This document shows positions 1 to 10,219 of a stretch of DNA of 64,000 nucleotides, one piece after another; positions within the stretch are counted from its first letter, which is position 1; the number at the start of each line of letters is the position of its first letter. Source of the DNA: Alistipes sp. (GTDB lineage Bacteria > Bacteroidota > Bacteroidia > Bacteroidales > Rikenellaceae). The translations under genes were made by a program, and so were the position numbers. Under the pieces are notes generated by a model, which saw only the letters and a list, made by a program, of their open reading frames with translations, did no database searches and was not told where the DNA came from. The stretch is taken from contig JAFUPR010000034.1 in assembly GCA_017481145.1 (NCBI GenBank), positions 7,596 to 71,595 on the forward strand, given 5' to 3'.

Positions 1-298
1 GTGCCTCCTCCACAGTATCCGCCTCGCCCTTGCTGCTACCATTGGTGACATATAGATAGCCGCCACCAGCACCCAGCGCAGCTGCAATGAGGAGTGTGAT
101 GATCGACGTCAGCCACCAGTTGGTCTTACCCTTTATAGGCATGGGCTGTGTCGTAGCCCCACTGCTCTCTGATGTCGCAGGCTCGCTGTGGTTGTCGATA
201 TGCGTCATGTCGTCCTCGTGCATCTGGTTGCCACACTTTGGGCAGTAGATGATACCCTCCTCTACGGGCTCACCACAATATTTACAATTACGTGTCAT
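1..298 (-). CDS. Zinc-ribbon domain membrane protein (partial, runs off window start)
   Basis: Manual translation from ATG 298: MTRNCKYCGEPVEEGIIYCPKCGNQM...NWWLTSIITLLIAAALGAGGGYLYV. CxxC-x10-CxxC, a polar linker and one TM helix; no stop before position 1. Confidence 0.8.
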   Translation of the reverse strand, partial: MTRNCKYCGEPVEEGIIYCPKCGNQMHEDDMTHIDNHSEPATSESSGATTQPMPIKGKTNWWLTSIITLLIAAALGAGGGYLYVTNGSSKGEADTVEEA

Positions 299-355
299 GG
301 TATCTCAATTATTTGTTTGATTAGATAATGTGTTGACTTTAGAAACTGTTTGAAG

Positions 356-2389
356 TTACTCCTCCCATCTGAGCACTACGCCCGTGCGCGAGGTGTTGTA
401 CATCTCGATGGTGTAGTACTCCGTGCCGTCGTCGGCCTTGTGCGTTGTGGTAAAGTGCTCGCCATCGATGTCGGCGCGGCCATGGCCACCAAAGCGCTCC
501 TCGTCCGAGGAGAAGAGAACGCTATATTTGCCTGGCCAGGGCACGTTGAGACGATAGTTGGGAATAGAGGCTGTGGGATGCCAGTTGATGACAAAGAGTA
601 GCCCCTTGTGTGAGTAGACCATCGTCTTGTTATGCTCGTCCATCATGTGGTTGTAGGGGTAGCCGTCGCCAAGGACACCGTACTCCTTGACAGCCTCAAT
701 CATAGCCTTGTCGAAGGCGGCAAGGAAGGAGTAGCGCAGGAAGCCATTCTCGGCCAGCGACCATTGACGGCGTGCATGCTTATACGACCAGCCGTTGCCC
801 TCCCTCGGGAAGTCTATCCACTCGGGATGTCCAAACTCGTTACCCATAAAGTTGAGGTACGCCTCGCCACCCGTGGTGATGGTAAAGAGGCGTATGAGCT
901 TATGTAGCGCCATGCCGAGGTAGATGACGAGGTTTTCGGATGCTCTATTCATCGCGAAGTACATCTCCTTATCCATAAGGCGGAAGGCGAGGGTCTTGTC
1001 ACCCACCAGCGCCTGGTCGTGCGACTCTGCGTATGCCACCGTCTTGACCGACGGCAGACGGTTGGTCATCACCGACCACATCTCCCAGATGTTCCAGTCG
1101 TCGTCGCTTCGCTCCTTGAGTATCTTAATCCAGTAGTCGGGAATAGCCATGCCAAGACGATAGTCGAAGCCCATGCCTCCATCCTCGGGCTTCACGCACG
1201 AGCCAGGCATGCCGCTGACATCCTCAGCGATGGTTATGGCATCGGGGCGCAGGTCGTGGATGAGCTTATTGGCGAGCGTGAGGTAGACGATAGCATCACG
1301 GTTGACACCCTCGTCGAAGAAGCGCTCGCGGCAGTCGAACTCGACATATCCGTGGTGGTGGTAGAGCATCGACGTCACACCATCGAAACGATAGCCATCG
1401 AAGTGGAACTCCTCAATCCAGTACTTCACGTTAGATAGTAGGAAGTGCTCCACCTCGCGCTTGCCGTAGTCGAAGATCATCGAGTCCCAGTACTGCTGAT
1501 AGCCCGCACCGCCCTCCTTAGAGGAGTGGTGCTTCGAGCCATCGAGCTCGTTGATGCCCTCGTCGAAGTTTTTGACATAGTGGGCATGCACTAAGTCCAT
1601 GATTACGGCTATGCCAAGCTCGTGGGCACGGTCTACTAACGAGCGTAGCTCGTCGGCCGTGCCGAAGCGCGACGATGGGGCGAAGAAGCTCGACACGTGG
1701 TAGCCAAACGAACCGTAATATGGGTGCTCGGCTATGGCCATGAGCTGCACGGCGTTATATCCCGCCTCCTTGATGCGTGGCAGGATATTGTCGCGAAACT
1801 CTGCGTATGTGCCCACACCCTCGCGCTCCTCGGCCATGCCGACATGAGCCTCATATATGAGTAACTCGCCGACCTTCGGTGCGCGGAAGTTGTCGTGTTG
1901 CCATGCGTAGGGTCTATCTACGACGAATTGTGCCGTGTAGTTCTTCGTCTCCTCGTCCTGTACTACGCGCTTAGCGTAGGCGGGTATGCGGTCACGCCAG
2001 CCGTTATCTCCGTGGACGTGTATCTTGTACAACGAGCCGTCGGTGAGCCTCGAGCCATACATCGCATCGGGGAGGAATATACTCCACACACCCTCGCGGT
2101 TACGGTCTAAGCGTAGCTCGGTGCGCTGCCATGAGTTGAAGTCGCCAAAGATGTATACATCCTTAGCCTCTGGTAGCCACTCTCTGAACCACCAGCCGCG
2201 CATAGCTTCATCTCTCTGCCAGCCGTAGTAGCGGTGTCCATTGGCATAGTCGACAATCGAACCTGCAGCCCTCTCAATATTGGCTAAACGGTTGGTATAC
2301 ATATCATAACGACGTACTATCTCATCTTCGACAGGTAGCAGCCACTCATCGGCAGCAACCATAGCAAGTTTAGAATTTTGCTCTTTCAT
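356..2389 (-). CDS. glgB: 1,4-alpha-glucan branching enzyme (GH13, CBM48)
   Basis: IYEAHVGM, FDGYRFDGVTSM (nucleophile), IAEDVSG, AESHDQALVGDKT, YLNFMGNEFGHPEWIDFPR. Confidence 0.95.
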   Translation of the reverse strand: MKEQNSKLAMVAADEWLLPVEDEIVRRYDMYTNRLANIERAAGSIVDYANGHRYYGWQRDEAMRGWWFREWLPEAKDVYIFGDFNSWQRTELRLDRNREGVWSIFLPDAMYGSRLTDGSLYKIHVHGDNGWRDRIPAYAKRVVQDEETKNYTAQFVVDRPYAWQHDNFRAPKVGELLIYEAHVGMAEEREGVGTYAEFRDNILPRIKEAGYNAVQLMAIAEHPYYGSFGYHVSSFFAPSSRFGTADELRSLVDRAHELGIAVIMDLVHAHYVKNFDEGINELDGSKHHSSKEGGAGYQQYWDSMIFDYGKREVEHFLLSNVKYWIEEFHFDGYRFDGVTSMLYHHHGYVEFDCRERFFDEGVNRDAIVYLTLANKLIHDLRPDAITIAEDVSGMPGSCVKPEDGGMGFDYRLGMAIPDYWIKILKERSDDDWNIWEMWSVMTNRLPSVKTVAYAESHDQALVGDKTLAFRLMDKEMYFAMNRASENLVIYLGMALHKLIRLFTITTGGEAYLNFMGNEFGHPEWIDFPREGNGWSYKHARRQWSLAENGFLRYSFLAAFDKAMIEAVKEYGVLGDGYPYNHMMDEHNKTMVYSHKGLLFVINWHPTASIPNYRLNVPWPGKYSVLFSSDEERFGGHGRADIDGEHFTTTHKADDGTEYYTIEMYNTSRTGVVLRWEE

Positions 2390-2411
2390 ATTTTTTTTAG
2401 TTTATTTTTAG

Positions 2412-2440
2412 CAAAGATATAAAAAATCTTCGTATCTTTG
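2412..2440. promoter_or_regulatory. Back-to-back Bacteroidetes -7 promoter boxes for glgB (-) and the POT transporter (+)
   Basis: TATCTTTG on the - strand at 2412-2419 and on the + strand at 2433-2440; both match TAnnTTTG. Confidence 0.7.
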
Positions 2441-2502
2441 CCCGTGGCGAAGTGTTATTTGAATAACAAAAACAATTTATATATTAACTAAAAATTTAAC
2501 TT

Positions 2503-4410
2503 ATGTTTAAAGGACATCCTAAAGGTCTGTATGCCTTAGCTCTTGCCAATACGGGTGAGCGTTTTGGTTATTACACGATGTTGGCGGTTTTCGCGCTCTT
2601 CCTTCGCGAGAACTTTGGTCTTGAGGCAGGTACTGCTGGTGCTATCTACTCTACCTTCCTCGGCTTGGTTTATTTCATGCCCTTGGTAGGTGGTATGCTT
2701 GCCGACAAGTTTGGTTTTGGTAAGATGGTAACCATCGGTATCTCGGTGATGTTTGCTGGTTACATGTTGCTGTCGTTCCCCTTGGGTGGCGACCTTATTG
2801 CAATGATTGCCATGATGGCGGCCTTGGTGCTTATCAGCGTGGGTACTGGTCTGTTCAAGGGTAACTTGCAGGTTATGGTTGGTAACCTCTACGACGATCC
2901 TAAGTATGCAGATAAGCGTGACTCTGGTTTCTCGCTATTCTATATGGCTATCAACGTAGGTTCGTTGTTCGCTCCTACCACTGCTGTTGGTATCAAGCAG
3001 TACGCTATGGATGCGTGGGGCATGTCGTCAAACGACGCTTACCACTTCTCGTTCATGGTTGCTTGTGCAGCGTTGATTCTCTCAATCCTTATCTACTACG
3101 CCTTCCGCTTCACGTTCCGTCATGTTGAGGGTGGCAAGAAGAAGGGTGAGGCTGCCGTTGTTGAGGATAACCTCACTCCCGAGCAGACTAAGCAGCGCAT
3201 CGTGGCTCTCTGCCTTGTATTTGCCGTTGTTATCTTCTTCTGGATGGCCTTCCACCAGAATGGTTTGACGCTCACATACTTCGCTGACGAGTTCACTGCT
3301 ACTACAGCCTTCGGCTTCGACACTATGTTGTTCGACGTATGGAACCTCGCCCTCGTTATCGTTGCTGTCTATGCAACCTTCTCTATCTTCCAGAGTGATA
3401 GCGCTAAGGGTAAGCTCCTGTCGGGTGTCTTGGCTTCAGCTGTTTTGGCATTCCTCGTTTACCGCGCTATGGGCGTTGAGGCTAATGCCGAGGTATCTGT
3501 TGCAGCACCTATCTTCCAGCAGTTCAACCCCTTCTATGTTGTTGCCTTGACACCCGTATCAATGGCTATCTTCGGCGCGTTGGCACGTAAGGGTAAGGAG
3601 CCTTCAGCTCCCCGTAAGATTGCCTACGGTATGTTGGTTGCAGCTATCGGCTTTGTGGTAATGGCTATTGGCTCTGACGGTCTCAATACGCCTAACGACC
3701 AGCAGCGTGCTATTGCCGTAGATAAGGCTGAGCAGTTCGCTAAGGAGTACTACGCTATTGCTCCTACAGCTAAGGCACTTGAGGGTATGAAGGATAACGC
3801 AGAGGTTAAGCCTGCTACCGACTTTATGGGTAAGCTTAATAAGTCGACTAAGCCCGTATTCTTCGATGTTTATAACGCAAGCGTTGTTATCCTTAATGCT
3901 ACTGCTGCTCCTGTTGTGGAGGAGGCTCCCGTTGTTGAGGAGGTTGCTGTTGTTGAGGAGACTATTGAGGATGCAGTTGCTACCGAGGAGGTTGTTGCTG
4001 TTGAGGAGGCTCCCGTTGTTGAGGAGGTAGCTCCTGTGGCAGAGACTAACGAGGCTGTCTTGAAGGCTGAGGCTACATTGGCAGCTATCAAGGCTGACAC
4101 TAAGACGGAGACTCGTACTTCGCCCTACTGGTTGATATTCACATACTTGATTCTCACCTTTGCTGAGCTCTTGCTCTCGCCCATGGGTATCTCATTCGTA
4201 TCGAAGGTTGCACCTCCGAAGCTCAAGGGTCTTATGATGGGTGGCTGGTTTGTGGCTACAGCTATTGGTAACATGCTTGTTGCTGTTGGTGGTTTCCTCT
4301 GGGCAGGTCTTCCCTTGTGGTCGGTATGGACAGTGTTCGTCGTACTCTGCTTGCTCTCAGCACTCTTCATGTTTGTGATGATGAAGCGCTTGGAGAGCGT
4401 AACGAAGTAG
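2503..4410 (+). CDS. Proton-dependent oligopeptide (POT/PTR2) MFS transporter with a large inserted loop
   Basis: GHPKGL...ANTGERFGYY (ExxERFxYY variant), GTGLFKGN, FYMAINVGS, ELLLSPMG. Confidence 0.93.
   Translation: MFKGHPKGLYALALANTGERFGYYTMLAVFALFLRENFGLEAGTAGAIYSTFLGLVYFMPLVGGMLADKFGFGKMVTIGISVMFAGYMLLSFPLGGDLIAMIAMMAALVLISVGTGLFKGNLQVMVGNLYDDPKYADKRDSGFSLFYMAINVGSLFAPTTAVGIKQYAMDAWGMSSNDAYHFSFMVACAALILSILIYYAFRFTFRHVEGGKKKGEAAVVEDNLTPEQTKQRIVALCLVFAVVIFFWMAFHQNGLTLTYFADEFTATTAFGFDTMLFDVWNLALVIVAVYATFSIFQSDSAKGKLLSGVLASAVLAFLVYRAMGVEANAEVSVAAPIFQQFNPFYVVALTPVSMAIFGALARKGKEPSAPRKIAYGMLVAAIGFVVMAIGSDGLNTPNDQQRAIAVDKAEQFAKEYYAIAPTAKALEGMKDNAEVKPATDFMGKLNKSTKPVFFDVYNASVVILNATAAPVVEEAPVVEEVAVVEETIEDAVATEEVVAVEEAPVVEEVAPVAETNEAVLKAEATLAAIKADTKTETRTSPYWLIFTYLILTFAELLLSPMGISFVSKVAPPKLKGLMMGGWFVATAIGNMLVAVGGFLWAGLPLWSVWTVFVVLCLLSALFMFVMMKRLESVTK
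3904..4047 (+). repeat. Low-complexity APVVEE/VVEE coding repeat
   Basis: Exact 26-bp direct repeat GAGGAGGCTCCCGTTGTTGAGGAGGT at 3919-3944 and 4003-4028, plus multiple GTTGTTGAGGAG units. Confidence 0.85.
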
Positions 4411-4426
4411 TCGATACTCTCCCTAT

Positions 4427-4466
4427 AACAATAATAGGCTGTTCCGCGGAACAGCCTATTATTGTT
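4427..4466. terminator. Bidirectional intrinsic terminator (perfect 40-bp palindrome)
   Basis: AACAATAATAGGCTGTTCCG|CGGAACAGCCTATTATTGTT between convergent genes. Confidence 0.85.
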
Positions 4467-4484
4467 TTGTCTATAGCTTTGTAG

Positions 4485-4730
4485 CTAATATGTCTCAGCC
4501 TCTACGGGGAGGGATTGAGTCTCTTCAACTACTGGCTCTGAAAGAGGCTCTACGGTGGTTTCGATTACGGCATCGGTTGTAGGCTCGGGATGCGTAGGTG
4601 TGCTCTCGGCCGCAGTCTCGACCTTTTGGTTGAAGCACAACGAGGTATAGTTGCCGTAGTTGAGTACGGCAAAGGCCATGACGGCAATAATAGCGAGGGC
4701 GCATAATGTGCCCAAAAGTCTATTTATCAT
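4485..4730 (-). CDS. Small hypothetical membrane-anchored protein
   Basis: 81 aa with an N-terminal hydrophobic helix and E/P/T-rich tail; starts 7 nt after the S41 peptidase stop. Confidence 0.7.
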   Translation of the reverse strand: MINRLLGTLCALAIIAVMAFAVLNYGNYTSLCFNQKVETAAESTPTHPEPTTDAVIETTVEPLSEPVVEETQSLPVEAETY

Positions 4731-4737
4731 AATCCTC

Positions 4738-6453
4738 TTATTTTATCTTTCTTAGATTGGAGCGTAGTTCCTTGACGGCGCGCTGCATGGCGTCGTCGAT
4801 AGCGTAGATGTTATAGTAGAAGCCTGCCTCGTCATCCAGCGCATTACGGCCGACGTATGCACGTATCTGTGCCTCGATAATCTTACGCGAGAGTCTTAAA
4901 CCCTCATTGTCGCGCTCTACGCCATTACGCTCGGCATACTGCACAAAGTCGGCAATGAGATCCTCCGAGCTCAGCAACTTGTCAAGCTCGGCAAGTGAGC
5001 TGACGGCATCGAGCTCTTGGCGATGACGATCCGTAAAGTCCATGGTGTAGCGGTACAATACGTTGGTGTTCCATGCCTTATGGTAGTAGTCCGACATGCC
5101 GAGGGTATCGAGCGGTATGAATATGTCGGGCATGATGCCTCCACCGCCATAGACGGTACGCCCTGCGGGTGTCTTGAACTTCATCGTGTCGTCGAAGTGT
5201 ATCGAGTCGGCCGAGAAGAACTCGCTATGGTTGTAGCGGTTGATGATATCCATGTGGTAGGATAGCTCGTCGCCACTAACGTAGGGCTTCTGTATCGAGC
5301 GTCCCGTGGGTGTATAGTAGCGTGCCACTGTGAGGCGTATTGCCGAGCCATCATTGAAGGGTATCTGAGTCTGCACTAAGCCCTTACCGAAGGTGCGGCG
5401 ACCAAGGACAAGACCGCGGTCGTTATCCTGAATCGCTCCAGCCAATATCTCGCTCGACGAGGCACTAGTCTCGTCAACGAGGATGGCGAGCTCCACATCC
5501 TGATACCTACCACGTCCTGTGCTATACTCTTCGATACGCTGGCCATAGCGATCTTCGGTATATACTATAAGCTTTCCCGCGGGGAGAAATTCGTTGACCA
5601 TGGGTATCACCTGGTCGAGGAAGCCACCACCATTGCCACGTAGGTCGATAATGACGCCCTGCATGCCCTCGGCTGCGAGCTTATCCAAGGCTCTACGTAT
5701 CTCCTTGTACGAGGTGCGCGAGAACTGCGAGAGGCGTATGAAGCCTATCTTCGCCTCATTGTCGAGCATAAAGGCTGTCTCGACGCTATGAAGCTCGATG
5801 GCATCGCGTATCACCTCTATATCCACGAGGTTGTCTATGCGTGCCCTCTGCACCGAGAGTGTCACCTTTGTGCCACGAGGGCCACGCATCATACGCACCA
5901 TGGAGTCTTGCGGAATATTCTGTCCCGCGACATTGCGCCCGTCGATGCGCATCACGCGGTCGCCAGCGCGTACACCCGCCTTATCCGAGGGACCCTGCGG
6001 TATGACGCTGAGCACGGTGATGGTGTCGGTCATAGCGTTAAACACTATGCCTATGCCGTCAAACTCGCCCTCGAGTGACTCGTTGACCTTGTCGAACATC
6101 TTGGCGGGGATATACTCCGAGTGGGGGTCGAGCTCAGAGAGGAGTGCGGGGATGGCCTTCTCATAGATGGTATCGAGGTCGATGGGGTCGACATAGCTGC
6201 TACGTATGGCCATTATCGTCTGCATCATCTTGTCGCTACCAGCCATATAGTGCTCCACGGCTGCCATCTCGCGCGCAAAGGCATCTATATCAGCCTCGCT
6301 ACTCGACACGCGCCCCGACATCTGGTTGATGACGTCGTAGGTATGCTTGCGTTCCACACCACGCCCTATCGTTACGCCTATCCATACGGCTACACCAATC
6401 GAGGCTACTATGAGTAGCGTCGTCCATAATCCTGCTATCTGTCTCTTGTTCAT
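4738..6453 (-). CDS. ctpA: C-terminal processing protease, S41A family (PDZ + peptidase)
   Basis: LDPHS, EGEFDGIGI, DLRGNGGG, SASSSEILAGAIQDNDRG, TFGKGLVQ, YYTPTGRSIQ. Confidence 0.92.
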   Translation of the reverse strand: MNKRQIAGLWTTLLIVASIGVAVWIGVTIGRGVERKHTYDVINQMSGRVSSSEADIDAFAREMAAVEHYMAGSDKMMQTIMAIRSSYVDPIDLDTIYEKAIPALLSELDPHSEYIPAKMFDKVNESLEGEFDGIGIVFNAMTDTITVLSVIPQGPSDKAGVRAGDRVMRIDGRNVAGQNIPQDSMVRMMRGPRGTKVTLSVQRARIDNLVDIEVIRDAIELHSVETAFMLDNEAKIGFIRLSQFSRTSYKEIRRALDKLAAEGMQGVIIDLRGNGGGFLDQVIPMVNEFLPAGKLIVYTEDRYGQRIEEYSTGRGRYQDVELAILVDETSASSSEILAGAIQDNDRGLVLGRRTFGKGLVQTQIPFNDGSAIRLTVARYYTPTGRSIQKPYVSGDELSYHMDIINRYNHSEFFSADSIHFDDTMKFKTPAGRTVYGGGGIMPDIFIPLDTLGMSDYYHKAWNTNVLYRYTMDFTDRHRQELDAVSSLAELDKLLSSEDLIADFVQYAERNGVERDNEGLRLSRKIIEAQIRAYVGRNALDDEAGFYYNIYAIDDAMQRAVKELRSNLRKIK

Positions 6454-6504
6454 ACCGTATCAAACGCCCCAAGGTGTGAGATATTGCCCCTTATCACAAC
6501 AAAT

Positions 6505-7572
6505 TTACTTGTTCTTGAAGGTATAGGTTAGACCCACGCTGAGCATCGATGACACCTGAAGCTGATGCCACTCAGCCTTGTTGTAGTAGAGCTGGAAATA
6601 TATCTGTGTAGAGATATACTTCGTGGCCTTGATGTCGATGGTGTTCTCCCAACGAATCGTAGGCACAACATGCTCGTACTTAGGATTATCCTCTGTAGGC
6701 TTGAACTTAGCCTTCGATGATATGTCGGTAATCCAGCCGTAGAATGAGTAGGCGGTGGTGCGGTAGCGTAGCCAGCCATTCTTACCCCATGTCTTGTCGA
6801 AATCGAGCTGTACAGAGAGACCGCCCTCATACTTCGAGCGACCAGTGGTTACGCCATAATCCTTATCGGTGCTTAGGTCGTGGCGATAGGTGGCGTTCAT
6901 AGCTATCGGCGCGAGGTTAACCTTGAGGGGGAACTTCTCCGAGGGGAGCACGTAGGTGAAACCGAGAGAGGCGTCAAGGTAGCCAGGCGTCATAAAGTTA
7001 GATACGCGGCTGGCACCCTTCTGCTTGTCACCACGTGCAGCGTAGCCAGGGGCAAACTGTGTACGGAACTTGACGTTAGCACCGTATGTCCAGTTCTTGA
7101 CCATCGCCCACTGAGGTGCTGTTGAGAGCACCACCTCGTCGACATTCTTGAACCATATACCGCGAGGATCGCCATCGCCGAGGTCGGTCTTCATATTGTT
7201 ATAGCCGAACTTCGCAGATGCCGTATTTGTGAGGGTGAAACGACCCTTCTTGAAGGTATGCAAGAAGTTGATGTTGGCAAGGATGGTTATGGCATTATCG
7301 CCCGATGCCTGCCACGACTTGCTATAAGCCGTAAGCGAACCGTGGAGGTTTGCCGAGAAATCCACGAGGTTGCGCTCCTGGCGTACGGCGCGGCGCTCGG
7401 CACGATAGGTGGCCTCCGAGAAGTAGTCGGCCTCGACCTCCTTGCTCTTCATCTCATTGTCGAACTCGCGCTTATGCTCCGAGGTAGAGACCTCGTCGAT
7501 AGACACTTGTGCGTAGGCATTGCCAGCAAGTGTCATAAGTGCCATGATGATAAGAATGGTAAATCTCTTCAT
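6505..7572 (-). CDS. DUF3078-like outer-membrane beta-barrel protein
   Basis: Signal peptide, W-x-x-x-G-D-N, FRTQFAPGY, FMTPGY, alternating C-terminal strand VGLTYTF. Confidence 0.75.
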   Translation of the reverse strand: MKRFTILIIMALMTLAGNAYAQVSIDEVSTSEHKREFDNEMKSKEVEADYFSEATYRAERRAVRQERNLVDFSANLHGSLTAYSKSWQASGDNAITILANINFLHTFKKGRFTLTNTASAKFGYNNMKTDLGDGDPRGIWFKNVDEVVLSTAPQWAMVKNWTYGANVKFRTQFAPGYAARGDKQKGASRVSNFMTPGYLDASLGFTYVLPSEKFPLKVNLAPIAMNATYRHDLSTDKDYGVTTGRSKYEGGLSVQLDFDKTWGKNGWLRYRTTAYSFYGWITDISSKAKFKPTEDNPKYEHVVPTIRWENTIDIKATKYISTQIYFQLYYNKAEWHQLQVSSMLSVGLTYTFKNK

Positions 7573-7779
7573 AGTATCAATTGGATTATTATTGTTTGTT
7601 ATACGCTAATAGATATTTACAATGCAAATATACAATTATTTTATTAAAATTTAGTTACCTTTGCCATCATAATGATGTAATTATTTACAGCGAAGCCTTA
7701 TAATCCTTGCATCGTTCAGGTGGTGGGGGATATGACGTAGGTCGAGCATGTAACGTTGAACTATAAACGAGAATATACT

Positions 7780-8625
7780 ATGAAATATATAGGAGCACAT
7801 GTTAGCGCATCGGGAGGCTTGGAGAATGCCGTACGAAATGCTAAGGATATAGGGGCTACGGCCTTTGCACTCTTCACGAAGAATCAGCGTCAGTGGTTGG
7901 CACCCGCCCTCAGCGACGAGCAGGTCGAGCTATTCAAGCGGGCGATGGCAGAGGCTGGATATAGCGCTTCACAGGTATTACCCCACGACAGCTATCTCAT
8001 AAACCTTGGCCATCCCGACAAGGAGGGCTTAGATAAGTCGCGCGAGTCGTTCTTCGAGGAGATGGCGCGCTGCGAGCGCCTCGGCCTCGACAGACTCAAC
8101 TTCCATCCAGGGAGTCACCTTAAGCGTATCGACGAGCGTGGCTCGCTCGACCGCATCGCCGAGTCGATAAATATGGCATTAGAGCGCACCTCGGGAGTGA
8201 CGGCCGTACTGGAGAATACCGCTGGTCAGGGTAGTAACCTCGGCTTTAGTTTCTACCACTTAGCTCATATTATCGAGCGCGTGGAGGACAAGAGTCGCGT
8301 GGGCGTATGCTTAGATACGTGTCACTCGTTTGCCGCAGGCTACGACCTGCGTACTGTAGCGGCGTGTGATGCCACCTTTGCGGAGTTTGATAGTGTTGTG
8401 GGCTTTAAGTATCTGCGAGGTATGCATCTGAATGATGCCATGCGTCCTTTGGGTAGTCGCATTGACCGTCACTCGCCCCTTGGCGATGGTGAGATAGGCT
8501 GGGAGTGCTTCCGCTATATACTGGCCGACCCACGCTTCGATAATATACCCCTTATTCTTGAGACCCCCGATGAGGCTCGCTGGGCAGAGGAGATTGCTAA
8601 GCTGAAAGTTTTTGCAAATCAGTAA
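7780..8625 (+). CDS. nfo: Endonuclease IV
   Basis: [45 protein letters not shown] 7780 preferred over TTG 7756. Confidence 0.96.
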   Translation: MKYIGAHVSASGGLENAVRNAKDIGATAFALFTKNQRQWLAPALSDEQVELFKRAMAEAGYSASQVLPHDSYLINLGHPDKEGLDKSRESFFEEMARCERLGLDRLNFHPGSHLKRIDERGSLDRIAESINMALERTSGVTAVLENTAGQGSNLGFSFYHLAHIIERVEDKSRVGVCLDTCHSFAAGYDLRTVAACDATFAEFDSVVGFKYLRGMHLNDAMRPLGSRIDRHSPLGDGEIGWECFRYILADPRFDNIPLILETPDEARWAEEIAKLKVFANQ

Positions 8626-8644
8626 CTAACTAATATACAAGAGT

Positions 8645-9613
8645 ATGAAGAGAGTAGTATGTATGGCCATTGCGCTTGTGATGTTTGTCGCAGCCGAGGC
8701 ACAGGTGACAATCGAAAAACCCTATGCTGTGGGTGCCGATATATCGTGGCTACAGTCACAGGAGGATGATGGCACGGTGTTTAGTGATGGAGGTGTCGAG
8801 GGTGACGCCATGGAGATACTTCGTGATAACGGCTTTAACTACATACGTCTTCGTCTCTTTGTCAACCCGCGCTCTGAGCTCGGCTATTCGAGGCGCGAGG
8901 GTTACTGCGACTTGGAGCATACGTTGACGATGGCCAAGCGCATCAAGGATGCGGGCATGTACTTCCTGCTCGATTTCCACTACTCGGACAACTGGGCAGA
9001 CCCACAGAAGCAGATTATGCCTCAGGCATGGCAGACATTCTCCTACGACGAGGTGTGTGCGGCCGTCTATGAGCATACTAAGGAGGTACTCGTAGCCCTC
9101 GAGTCGCAGGGTACAGCCCCCGATATGGTGCAGGTAGGTAACGAGGTGAGCAATGGTATGCTGTGGCCATACGGCTCTGTACGTCATTCGTTTGAGGGCC
9201 TTTGTGGCCTACTTAAGGAGGGTGTGCGCGCTGTGCGCGAGTATGCCCCTTCGGCTGAGGTGATGTTGCACGTAGCTCTCGGTGGTCAGGCCGAGGAGTC
9301 GGAGCGTTTCTTTGACGCCATGGCTGAATATGGTGTCGAGTATGACATTATAGGTCAGTCGTACTATCCCGAGTGGCATGGAACATTAGAGGAGCTTGAG
9401 GTTAACACTAACGCCCTAGTTCGTAAGTATAATAAGCCGCTTATTGTGGTGGAGTATCGCGACCACTACTTGGACATTGAGCGCATCGTAAGCTCGCTAC
9501 CCGATGGCTTGGGTCGTGGCACGTTCATCTGGGAGGCCACCTCACCACACTGGGGTAAGCTCTTCGACGAGACGGGAGCTGCCACACCTGCCCTTGATGC
9601 GTATAATCGATAA
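8645..9613 (+). CDS. Endo-beta-1,4-galactanase, GH53
   Basis: Signal peptide, GADISW, NYIRLRLFVNP, DFHYSDNWADP, VQVGNE (acid/base), SYYPEWHG. Confidence 0.9.
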   Translation: MKRVVCMAIALVMFVAAEAQVTIEKPYAVGADISWLQSQEDDGTVFSDGGVEGDAMEILRDNGFNYIRLRLFVNPRSELGYSRREGYCDLEHTLTMAKRIKDAGMYFLLDFHYSDNWADPQKQIMPQAWQTFSYDEVCAAVYEHTKEVLVALESQGTAPDMVQVGNEVSNGMLWPYGSVRHSFEGLCGLLKEGVRAVREYAPSAEVMLHVALGGQAEESERFFDAMAEYGVEYDIIGQSYYPEWHGTLEELEVNTNALVRKYNKPLIVVEYRDHYLDIERIVSSLPDGLGRGTFIWEATSPHWGKLFDETGAATPALDAYNR

Positions 9614-9625
9614 AGGTGCAAAACT

Positions 9626-10180
9626 ATGGGTTTTGTAGAACTACTGCTTATTGCTGTAGGTCTTGCCATGGATGCCTTTGCCGTAGCTATCGGCAAAGGC
9701 ATTGCCGTAGGCAAGGTCTCTCAACGTCATGCCCTAAGTGCGGGTATATGGTTTGGAGGTTTTCAGGCTCTCATGCCGATTGTAGGCTACTGGCTTGGCC
9801 GTAGCTTCGCGGGCTTTGTGGAGAGTGTCGACCACTGGATAGCCTTTGGTCTCTTGGTGATTATCGGTATGAATATGATACGCGAGGCTATTGGCGATAA
9901 GGAGGATGGCGTAAACGGCGACTTCGGCCTAAAGACCATGTTCGTGATGGCCGTAGCAACGAGCATCGATGCCCTTGCTGTGGGTATATCGCTTGTATTC
10001 ATCGGCGCCAACATCTGGACATCGGCCATCGTCATAGGCCTTGTCACACTTATTCTTTCCGCCTCGGGCGTCTATCTCGGCAGCCTCTTTGGCTCTCGCT
10101 TAGGCTCACGCTCAGGTATCCTTGGCGGTATAATACTTATCGCTATAGGTATCAAAATTCTCGTCGAGCACCTCGCGTAG
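9626..10180 (+). CDS. mntP: Manganese efflux pump
   Basis: GLAMDAFAVA, FGGFQALMP, DHWIAF, ATSIDALAVG. Confidence 0.93.
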   Translation: MGFVELLLIAVGLAMDAFAVAIGKGIAVGKVSQRHALSAGIWFGGFQALMPIVGYWLGRSFAGFVESVDHWIAFGLLVIIGMNMIREAIGDKEDGVNGDFGLKTMFVMAVATSIDALAVGISLVFIGANIWTSAIVIGLVTLILSASGVYLGSLFGSRLGSRSGILGGIILIAIGIKILVEHLA

Positions 10181-10211
10181 TGGCTGAATAAAAGGGTTTT
10201 ACGCAGCCACT
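10179..10211. terminator. Probable bidirectional terminator between mntP and susD
   Basis: AGTGGCTG...CAGCCACT outer stem with an inner TAAAA-GGG-TTTTA stem. Confidence 0.5.
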
Positions 10212-10219
10212 CTATGCTA

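Noticed and set aside
7664-7779. Possible structured RNA in the nfo leader
   Set aside because: Only weak, inconsistent pairing by eye; no recognisable riboswitch, SRP or tRNA motif.
9614-9625. yybP-ykoY Mn riboswitch before mntP
   Set aside because: Only 12 nt separate the GH53 stop and the mntP start, leaving no room.
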